Virus record (IMG/VR): IMGVR_UViG_3300034279_000522
Strand: one strand, 5' to 3'
Source: an uncultured virus (IMG/VR IMGVR_UViG_3300034279_000522)
Taxonomy: Duplodnaviria > Heunggongvirae > Uroviricota > Caudoviricetes
DNA length: 64,000 nt
The notes under the pieces were generated by a model. It made no database searches and had not been told where the DNA came from. It worked only from the letters and a program-made list of their open reading frames with translations. A program made the position numbers and the translations under genes. Position 1 is the stretch's first letter. Every line of letters starts with the position of its first letter. Shown here one piece after another: positions 1 through 6,923 of this stretch.

Positions 1-1091
1 CTCGGTTCGAATCTGCGACTGCTCTTGTAATCGATGCTATCGGTGAATTTGATACAGCATCAATCTGGAAATGTTCTGGTAGTAACCTTACAAAGAAATG
101 GTCAATGGATTATCCCAAGTCACTGGGGTTGTTCTATTCTGCTATGACAGACCGAGTTGGTCTTAAAGCAAACGAAGATGAATATATCTTAATGGGGATG
201 GTAGCATATGGTGATGCCGAAAAATATTATGACGAAGTTAGAAATCTTTGGGAATCTGAAAACCTTCATCGCGGATGTCGTTGGTGGCGTAATGATGACT
301 TTGATTTGGACCATTATAGTGTTGCCGCAGCAACGCAAAAAGTATACGAAGAAGAATTTGAAAAATTACTGATTCGTGCAAAGATGAAAGACACCTTACA
401 AGGAAATCTTGTTCTTATGGGTGGTTGTGCGCTAAACTGTAGTGCAAATCATATCGCGTTAAAGTATTTCAAGAATGTATGGGTCATGCCAAATCCTGGA
501 GATTCAGGGAGCAGTCTTGGTGCTATTGCTGCAAACAATCGCAGAAAATTAAACTGGCAAGGTCCATATCTCGGCGAGAATATCGAGGGGGAATATCCTG
601 TAGAAAATCTATTGACTTTTCTTAAAAAAGACGGTATAGTGGGTGTTGCAAATGGGCGAGCAGAATTTGGTCCACGTGCTTTGGGTAATCGGAGTTTGTT
701 GGCAGATCCAACCAGAATTGACATTAAGGACAGAGTAAATGCAATCAAACGCAGACAAAAGTTTAGACCATTCGCACCAGTCATCCTTGAGCAACATGCA
801 GCGGAGTATTTTGACATGCCAGTTGAAGTATCCCCTTACATGCAGTTTACTGCAAGATGTAAATTTCCTACAAAGTTCCCTGCTATCGTTCACGTTGATG
901 GCACATCTCGCGTCCAAACTGTAAACAAGCAACAGCATCCAGGATTGTTTGAATTGCTGACAAGATGGTATGAAGAAACAGGTTGTCCGATGTTACTTAA
1001 TACTAGTCTGAACATTAAAGGATTTCCAATGGTAAATGATGAAAAGGATGCTGCCATGTTCCAAAATATCTATAATGTGAAGGTCTTTTAA
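1..1091 (+). CDS. Carbamoyltransferase (CmcH/NodU family), 5' end outside the window
   Basis: Frame is open from position 3 (VIDAIGE motif) through ORF 105..1091; family motifs GGCALNC, PNPGDSG, EFGPRALGNRS, RPFAP, HVDGTSRVQTV, LLNTSLN. Confidence 0.9.
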   Translation, partial: RFESATALVIDAIGEFDTASIWKCSGSNLTKKWSMDYPKSLGLFYSAMTDRVGLKANEDEYILMGMVAYGDAEKYYDEVRNLWESENLHRGCRWWRNDDFDLDHYSVAAATQKVYEEEFEKLLIRAKMKDTLQGNLVLMGGCALNCSANHIALKYFKNVWVMPNPGDSGSSLGAIAANNRRKLNWQGPYLGENIEGEYPVENLLTFLKKDGIVGVANGRAEFGPRALGNRSLLADPTRIDIKDRVNAIKRRQKFRPFAPVILEQHAAEYFDMPVEVSPYMQFTARCKFPTKFPAIVHVDGTSRVQTVNKQQHPGLFELLTRWYEETGCPMLLNTSLNIKGFPMVNDEKDAAMFQNIYNVKVF

Positions 1092-1105
1092 GAATAAATA
1101 TTGTT

Positions 1106-1384
1106 ATGGGTAGAGTAGTTAATTTTCCAGATAGATTTCTATCGCATAGAAGGTATCGTATATCTTTATATACGGACTTTGAGGTAGAACTTGTTCTTGC
1201 TGCATTGAATACTTATCCAGAATGTGAAAAGAAATACAATGCAGATATATTAACTACCTTAGATCCAATTTTTGTCAGAAAAGCACTTGACTTTTCGATA
1301 GGAAACAGTATAATAAGTGATGTCGCTAAAGTTGCGATACAAAACATAATTAATAACATGGAAGAGATTCCATTTGACGAGTAA
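1106..1384 (+). CDS. Hypothetical protein (92 aa)
   Basis: Fills the gap between two genes; AATAAATA late-type box 5 nt upstream of the ATG. Confidence 0.7.
   Translation: MGRVVNFPDRFLSHRRYRISLYTDFEVELVLAALNTYPECEKKYNADILTTLDPIFVRKALDFSIGNSIISDVAKVAIQNIINNMEEIPFDE
1287..1314 (+). promoter_or_regulatory. Sigma70-type (early) promoter TTGACT-N16-TATAAT
   Basis: Near-consensus -35/-10 boxes upstream of the glycosylase gene; same CTTGACTT...AGTATAA context as at 3117 and 3825. Confidence 0.6.
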
Positions 1385-1390
1385 TACATT

Positions 1391-1930
1391 ATGAATATTT
1401 TTTATCTTGACAGCGATGTCACCAAGTGCGCAGAATACCATAACGACAAACATGTCGTAAAGATGATCCTCGAGTATGCCCAGTTACTATCAACTGCGCA
1501 CCGTGTTCTCGACGGCAAAGAATATATCGATGCTTCCTCTGGACGAAAGATCAAACGATGGCGGTTAGAAGATACTTCTCTTGAGGGGCAACTATACAAG
1601 GCGACACACATCAATCATCCGAGTGCTGTTTGGGTTCGCCAGTCTAACAACAATTATAACTGGCTTGTATGCCTATTCCAATCCCTCTTATCTGAATACA
1701 CTCACCGATATGGCAAGATCCATTCTTGTGACCGTCTAGTATATTGGTTACGTAAACCTCCTATTAATATTCCTATCGGTTATAAAACGCAACCTACTCC
1801 TGCGATGCCAGATGAATACAAAGTTCCTGACTCTATTCAGTCGTATCGTAACTATTATGTCGGCGCAAAAAAAACTATGGCAAAGTGGAAAAATCGCCCG
1901 ATTCCAGAGTGGTGGAGTGTCGCAGTTTAA
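1391..1930 (+). CDS. Pyrimidine-dimer DNA glycosylase / endonuclease V-like protein
   Basis: MNIFYLD...DKHVVKMILEYAQLLSTAH, YKATHINHPSAVW and PTPAMPDEY match the phage DenV-like family. Confidence 0.75.
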   Translation: MNIFYLDSDVTKCAEYHNDKHVVKMILEYAQLLSTAHRVLDGKEYIDASSGRKIKRWRLEDTSLEGQLYKATHINHPSAVWVRQSNNNYNWLVCLFQSLLSEYTHRYGKIHSCDRLVYWLRKPPINIPIGYKTQPTPAMPDEYKVPDSIQSYRNYYVGAKKTMAKWKNRPIPEWWSVAV

Positions 1931-1941
1931 TAAATACTTGT

Positions 1942-1998
1942 ATGGAACAAAAAAGAACTCCCATCCCAATTTCAGATTCCGATGTCCTCGGAAAATAA
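1942..1998 (+). CDS. Candidate 18-aa small protein MEQKRTPIPISDSDVLGK
   Basis: AATAAATA at 1929-1936, ATG 5 nt later, stop directly followed by an intrinsic terminator; below the ORF-track length cutoff. Confidence 0.35.
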   Translation: MEQKRTPIPISDSDVLGK

Positions 1999-1999
1999 A

Positions 2000-2027
2000 G
2001 GCGACTCCGTAGTGGAGTCGCCTTTTT
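2000..2027 (+). terminator. Intrinsic terminator
   Basis: GGCGACTCC-gtagt-GGAGTCGCC stem followed by TTTTT. Confidence 0.85.
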
Positions 2028-2061
2028 CGTATCAACCCTCTAGTTAAAATAAGGACTGCAA

Positions 2062-2820
2062 ATGTCGAGAAGAAAACAAAATAATCTACAACTCGTCGCC
2101 CCATCCGAAACTATCATTCAACAAGAGAGAAGTTCTAAGTGTAAAGTTTCATACAATGATTTGAAACAAATTTCCCCTCTAAATTTCAATCAAAGATCCT
2201 TCTTTGAAATTTATGATAAGCAAGCATCCGCAGTCCTACTACATGGTGTCGCTGGCACTGGTAAAACATTCATCGCTCTATATAAAGCATTAGAAGAAGT
2301 ATTAGATAGTTCCAGCAATTTCGAACGTCTCGTTATTGTGCGCTCAGCAGTTCCTTCGCGCGAGATCGGGCATCTTCCTGGAGACGAAAAAGAAAAGACA
2401 GAAGTTTACACTATGCCATATGTTGAAATCTGTGAAGATCTTTTCAATCATATTCAACCATTTGCTCGTCTACAAGAACAAAAAATGGTTCACTTCCTTA
2501 TCACATCATTCGTTCGTGGTATCACTCTAGACAACTCCATCGTAGTTGTCGATGAATGTCAGAATATGACAGATATGGAACTCAATTCTATCATGACTCG
2601 TATCGGTAAGAACTCAAAGGTCATTTTCTGCGGAGACTTCCGCCAAACTGACCTATATAAGAAGAACGATATGTCTGGGTTGCAGAAATTTATTGCAATT
2701 GCAGACATGATGCCTTCATTTAAAACTGTTGAGTTTACTGTAGACGATATCGTTCGATCAAAACTTGTAAAAGAATATATAATTGCTCGACTAGAATATG
2801 AAAGTCGTTACGCAGCATAG
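2062..2820 (+). CDS. phoH: PhoH-family ATPase
   Basis: Walker A GVAGTGKT, IGHLPGDEKEK, RGITL, VDECQN, IFCGDFRQTDL; AAGGA RBS. Confidence 0.95.
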   Translation: MSRRKQNNLQLVAPSETIIQQERSSKCKVSYNDLKQISPLNFNQRSFFEIYDKQASAVLLHGVAGTGKTFIALYKALEEVLDSSSNFERLVIVRSAVPSREIGHLPGDEKEKTEVYTMPYVEICEDLFNHIQPFARLQEQKMVHFLITSFVRGITLDNSIVVVDECQNMTDMELNSIMTRIGKNSKVIFCGDFRQTDLYKKNDMSGLQKFIAIADMMPSFKTVEFTVDDIVRSKLVKEYIIARLEYESRYAA

Positions 2821-2829
2821 GAGATAAAA

Positions 2830-3120
2830 ATGTCAACACTACTAGAAGATTTTCATGCATCACTCGGTGATGCATTTACGGGTCTGCCAATCCAACCAAA
2901 AAGTCTTGCACTACAGCGCCCATCTCAGTTACAAAATCAATTAGATGCATTAGATGCAGAAGATCCTGCTAATGCAGATTTTATTGCTCATCTAACCAGA
3001 GAAATTGACGATGCAAATGCGGTGATTGCAGCAGAAAATTATACCGAGGTTGAAGATCAGATGGCATATTATGGTTTTTATAATTTAAAATTAAAAGAAT
3101 TTATTGAAGAAATGGCTTGA
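2830..3120 (+). CDS. Hypothetical acidic protein (96 aa)
   Basis: Strong AGGAG RBS; fills the intergenic space. Confidence 0.75.
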   Translation: MSTLLEDFHASLGDAFTGLPIQPKSLALQRPSQLQNQLDALDAEDPANADFIAHLTREIDDANAVIAAENYTEVEDQMAYYGFYNLKLKEFIEEMA

Positions 3121-3145
3121 CTTTTCTATAAAATTATAGTATAAT
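3117..3145 (+). promoter_or_regulatory. Sigma70-type promoter TTGACT-N17-TATAAT, probably giving a leaderless mRNA
   Basis: Consensus boxes; ATG at 3151 lies 5 nt after the -10 box with no SD. Confidence 0.75.
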
Positions 3146-3150
3146 GAATT

Positions 3151-3828
3151 ATGTTTAAGACGATATATGACTATGAAGATTTCGCACAATCAACTACGAA
3201 CGAAGATGGTAGCAGAGTTTACGTTAATGCCTCTGGTGTAGCGTATCCTTCTGCTACCACTGTTCTCGGGGTTCTATCCAGAGATGGAATCGCTGCTTGG
3301 CGAAAACGTGTTGGTGAAGAAGAAGCGAATAAGATCTCGAACAAAGCATCAACTCGTGGAACTAAGATTCACTCATTAACTGAATCATATCTTAAGAACG
3401 AAGATTTAGAAGAAGCGTATACAACTACGAAAGCATCTCTACTTGACGTTGAGATGTTCAAGAAGTTCAAACCTGTTCTCGATCCGATTGGCGACATTCA
3501 CTGCCAAGAACTTGCGCTCTACAGCGACCACCTCCGTATGGCAGGTCGTGTCGACTGTATCGCCGATTATAACCGTCTCCGAGCAGTCATCGACTTCAAG
3601 ACATCTAGCAAACCCAAAAAGAAAGAACATATCAGTTCTTACTTTATGCAGACTGCAGCATATGCAATCATGTATGAGGAACGAACTGGGATTCCTGTTC
3701 CGTGGTTGGTAGTTCTTATTGCAGTCGAGGGTGATGAACCTCAGGTGTTTATCGAGAAGCGAGACAACTGGGTGAAAGAATTGCTTCGAACTCGTGATTA
3801 TTATGAAAATGGTTATTATTTGGCTTGA
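3151..3828 (+). CDS. PD-(D/E)XK-family exonuclease
   Basis: YPSATTVL, RGTKIH, AGRVDCIA, VIDFKTS, YFMQTAAYA motifs. Confidence 0.85.
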   Translation: MFKTIYDYEDFAQSTTNEDGSRVYVNASGVAYPSATTVLGVLSRDGIAAWRKRVGEEEANKISNKASTRGTKIHSLTESYLKNEDLEEAYTTTKASLLDVEMFKKFKPVLDPIGDIHCQELALYSDHLRMAGRVDCIADYNRLRAVIDFKTSSKPKKKEHISSYFMQTAAYAIMYEERTGIPVPWLVVLIAVEGDEPQVFIEKRDNWVKELLRTRDYYENGYYLA

Positions 3829-3855
3829 CTTCTGACCAAAACTATAGTATAAATA
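3825..3855 (+). promoter_or_regulatory. Overlapping sigma70-type (TTGACT-N17-TATAAA) and T4 late (TATAAATA) promoter for the tmRNA
   Basis: TTGACT at 3825-3830 and TATAAATA at 3848-3855. Confidence 0.7.
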
Positions 3856-3860
3856 ATATA

Positions 3861-4155
3861 TCAGTTGTTGACAGTTGACAATAAAAGCGGAAAGACGAGG
3901 GTTCGACTCCCTCCACCTCCACCATAGATACATCAAGGTCCGACCCGAAAGGGGTGCCTACTAAAGTGAGGGATGATGGTGTATCTATGATGGGGGTGAC
4001 CTTGGAATTCGATTTTCGTGTAATAGGAATACCGAGACTGATTGACTGGCAAAGCGCCACAAACTGTAAATGCAAACGATAACGTTGCCTTTGCTCTAGC
4101 TGCATAAGCTAGCATTGGGTTTTCGGCGGTTTCCCTCGAAACAGAATAAACCGCC
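3861..4155 (+). ncRNA. ssrA: Circularly permuted (two-piece) tmRNA, tag peptide ANDNVAFALAA
   Basis: T-arm GAGGG-TTCGACT-CCCTC plus CACCTCC-A-CCA ends at 3924 and precedes the 5' strand GGGGGTG at 3992 (G3:U70 Ala identity pair); intervening segment 3925-3991; tag ORF 4072-4107; helix GGCGGTTT/AAACCGCC at 4125-4155. Outer ends approximate. Confidence 0.93.
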
Positions 4156-4293
4156 AACCGTTCTAAATCAACGGTAAACAGAGACTATTGGGAGTCTTTA
4201 AACCCTAAATATAATGCACCTTTGAAAAAAAGTGCCCAGTGTAGGGAGTCACTGGTTAATCCTCTCTCCAGTTCAACAATCCAAGGAATAGAG

Positions 4294-4914
4294 ATGCCTT
4301 CCTTTAATAAGAAGACATTGAAAATTCTTTCTTCAATTTTAGTGGTAATTGTAATATATTGTGTATCATTGAGTTATGCAAAAGAAAGAATCGAAGACAC
4401 CGCAATGGAATACACTGTCGGTGGATATGAGAAAGTCGAAAGCGTAAAACGACAAAACCAAGAAATTTTACAAAAACAAGAAGAAATCATACAAAAAAAC
4501 GTTAAAAAAGAAAAACAAAAATACCTGTCACAAAATTCTGCAGCAATAACTTGTCTAGCAGATAACATCTACTACGAGGCAGGTAATGAACCCAGAAAGG
4601 GTAAAATCGCGGTTGCAGGTGTAACTTTAAATAGAGTTCGCAATCCAAAATATCCATCAAACGTTTGCTCTGTCGTTTATCAGAGAACAAGTAGGGTCTG
4701 TCAGTTCAGTTGGACGTGTATGCGTCGACCTGCCAAAGACCCAGTATTATATGCTGAAGCAAAAGATATTGCGAAAAAAGTATTGACTTCTGAGATCAAT
4801 ACGCGTATAGTAGTTAATAGTAACGTTCTATTCTACCATGCTGACTATGTTAGTCCAGGTTGGAAGTTACAGAGAGTTACTAAAATCGGTAGACATATTT
4901 TTTACGCAGGATAG
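4294..4914 (+). CDS. SleB-like cell wall hydrolase (Hydrolase_2) with N-terminal membrane anchor
   Basis: CLADNIYYEAGNE, VTLNRV, VCSVVYQ, CQFSW, FYHADYV, IGRHIFY; hydrophobic N-terminus; start set at ATG 4294 with AAGGA RBS. Confidence 0.9.
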   Translation: MPSFNKKTLKILSSILVVIVIYCVSLSYAKERIEDTAMEYTVGGYEKVESVKRQNQEILQKQEEIIQKNVKKEKQKYLSQNSAAITCLADNIYYEAGNEPRKGKIAVAGVTLNRVRNPKYPSNVCSVVYQRTSRVCQFSWTCMRRPAKDPVLYAEAKDIAKKVLTSEINTRIVVNSNVLFYHADYVSPGWKLQRVTKIGRHIFYAG

Positions 4915-4917
4915 ATT

Positions 4918-5181
4918 ATGACGGAAGAAATTCCAGTAACTGATGAATTTTTGATTACAAAGCAATTTAAGACAGCAGCAGAGTTTTCCATCTTTATTGA
5001 AAAACTTGCAAGAGACTCTAGATCACCCTGTATGGATATTCTCATTGACTATTGTGAGAAACGAAATATTGAGGTTAGTTCTGTTGCTGGTCTTATTAGT
5101 TCATCACTAAAAGAAAAAATTCGAGTCGAGGCACAACAACTCAACATGTTGAAAAACGATGATGGGATTCTGCCTCTCTGA
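4918..5181 (+). CDS. gp33: Late transcription co-activator gp33
   Basis: FSIFIEKL...MDILIDYCEKRNIE...LKEKIRVEA; gp33-gp59-gp32 synteny. Confidence 0.85.
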   Translation: MTEEIPVTDEFLITKQFKTAAEFSIFIEKLARDSRSPCMDILIDYCEKRNIEVSSVAGLISSSLKEKIRVEAQQLNMLKNDDGILPL

Positions 5182-5765
5182 TGGACTCTTATAAAGTTTA
5201 TCAATTGTATCTCTCGTTGAGATTACATTTCACTCGACCTGATTTTGATATCACCAAATCCCGTAAAGGGGTAAAGGTTTCCAGAGAAGCATTTCTGAAA
5301 CGTAAAGACTTATTTGCGTTGCGAAAGTTGGCAGAAACAAAAACAAAAACTGAAATCATTGATTTTCTAGTTGCTAATTTTGTTTCTGGGAATCAGTGGG
5401 GTGGTGTGTTTGATACAGAGGCGAATGATGTCTATGCAGAATGGCAAACACGCATGCAGAAATTGGGATATACTTTTAAACAGGATATCCAAACTCTTTA
5501 TGCAGACGGAGACCCATTCGAAGTAATTAATGGGCAACATCCTAAAGTATTAAAAATGTATCTTGGTAAAAAGATTTCTCTAGAATCTATTGCTATTTTG
5601 GCAAAAATAGGTATAATAGATAATACCGACTATAGTTCTTTATCGAATGATTTTATTTGGAATGACTTCGCGCATTTGGTAAAGAAATATAAACCCTTTG
5701 TCAAGATTGACAAAGATCACTACATCCGCCAACTAGAACAGGAGATTGGGACGGTGGTAAAATAA
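5181..5765 (+). CDS. gp59: Helicase loader gp59
   Basis: YLSLRLHFT..FD, FLKRKD, FLVANF, KKYKPF; synteny. Confidence 0.85.
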   Translation: MDSYKVYQLYLSLRLHFTRPDFDITKSRKGVKVSREAFLKRKDLFALRKLAETKTKTEIIDFLVANFVSGNQWGGVFDTEANDVYAEWQTRMQKLGYTFKQDIQTLYADGDPFEVINGQHPKVLKMYLGKKISLESIAILAKIGIIDNTDYSSLSNDFIWNDFAHLVKKYKPFVKIDKDHYIRQLEQEIGTVVK

Positions 5766-5767
5766 CT

Positions 5768-5932
5768 ATGGGTAAGTCTCGTAGAAGCGATTATGATGAC
5801 CGTGGTTCCGACCGCATTCGACATAATGACAAAGACGTAAATAAAATACGTAAAAGCAAAAATAATTTGTATAAATACTATACTAATCGGGATGAAGATC
5901 CTGATGAAGATTTATATTATGATACAAAATAA
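5768..5932 (+). CDS. Small charged hypothetical protein (54 aa, MGKSRRSDYDDRG...LYYDTK)
   Basis: ATG 2 nt after the gp59 stop, open to TAA at 5932; below the ORF-track cutoff; contains TATAAATA at 5870. Confidence 0.6.
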   Translation: MGKSRRSDYDDRGSDRIRHNDKDVNKIRKSKNNLYKYYTNRDEDPDEDLYYDTK

Positions 5933-5967
5933 ACCAAACATACAACGCAAACATAAGGACAATACAT

Positions 5968-6888
5968 ATGTCAAGTAATTCTCTATCCGAACTCCGCAAG
6001 CAACGCGGAAATTTTGACTCGCTCATGAAGGCAGTCGAGTCAATCGCAAACCCCACTACAGAAAAGCGTGGAGACGATGATCGTTTCTGGAAACCGACTG
6101 TCGATAAGGCAGGTAACGGTCAAGCAGTGCTTCGCTTCCTCCCTGCTCCTGCAGGTGAAGAACTTCCGTGGGTTCGCGTATGGGACCATGGTTTCCAAGG
6201 TCCAACTGGTAAGTGGTATATCGAAAACTCGCTTACTACTCTCAACAAACCAGATCCTGTTGGCGAACTGAATTCCGAACTGTGGAACTCAGGCGTCGAA
6301 GCGAACAAGGAAATTGCTCGCAAGCAGAAGCGTCGCCTCACTTACATCTCGAACGTCCTTGTTATTCGCGATCCCGCGAATCCAGAGAACGAAGGTAAGG
6401 TCTTCCTGTATAAGTACGGTAAGAAGATCTTCGATAAGATTAAGGACGTGATGCAACCTACGTTCGAAGATGAACAACCAGTCAATCCGTTCGATCTATG
6501 GGAAGGTGCTAACTTCAAGTTGCGCATTCGTCAGGTTGAAGGTTATCGTAACTACGATAAATCGGAATTTGATGGACCAACTCCTTTGTCTGATGACGAA
6601 GATAAGTTGGAGCAGATCTGGGGTAAGACCCATTCTCTCGCAGCGTTCCTCGATCCTTCAAACTTCAAGTCATATGACGAACTGAAGGCGAAGTTGAATG
6701 CAGTCCTTTCGGGTGGTGCTCGCGTAGCAACTGCCGAGAAGGTTAATCCGCTGGATGCTGAAGACGAACTGTTCGTTGAAACTAAGATGAAGTCTGCAAC
6801 TTCTACGGTGACCGATGATTCGCCGCCATGGAAGGAAGACAGTGACGATGACACGATGAGTTACTTCTCGAGTCTCGCTGACGACTAA
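5968..6888 (+). CDS. gp32: Single-stranded DNA-binding protein gp32
   Basis: DDRFWKPTVDKAGNGQAVLRFLP, HGFQGPTGKWYIENS, YRNYDKSEF, acidic C-terminal tail. Confidence 0.97.
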   Translation: MSSNSLSELRKQRGNFDSLMKAVESIANPTTEKRGDDDRFWKPTVDKAGNGQAVLRFLPAPAGEELPWVRVWDHGFQGPTGKWYIENSLTTLNKPDPVGELNSELWNSGVEANKEIARKQKRRLTYISNVLVIRDPANPENEGKVFLYKYGKKIFDKIKDVMQPTFEDEQPVNPFDLWEGANFKLRIRQVEGYRNYDKSEFDGPTPLSDDEDKLEQIWGKTHSLAAFLDPSNFKSYDELKAKLNAVLSGGARVATAEKVNPLDAEDELFVETKMKSATSTVTDDSPPWKEDSDDDTMSYFSSLADD

Positions 6889-6892
6889 AATG

Positions 6893-6923
6893 AAAAGGGG
6901 GACTTAATTGTCCCCCTTTTTTT
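6893..6923. terminator. Bidirectional intrinsic terminator between convergent operons
   Basis: AAAAGGGGGAC-ttaatt-GTCCCCCTTTTTTT. Confidence 0.9.

Noticed and set aside
3151..3828. Cas4 as part of a CRISPR system
   Set aside because: PD-(D/E)XK nuclease without the four-cysteine cluster pattern and with no array or other cas genes; common in T4-like phages
3890..3924. Stand-alone tRNA-Ala or attP-like tRNA fragment
   Set aside because: No anticodon arm; explained as the acceptor piece of the permuted tmRNA, and no integrase is present in the window
3842..4157. Minus-strand ORFs 3842..4105 and 3933..4157
   Set aside because: They overlap the tmRNA antisense and have no protein features
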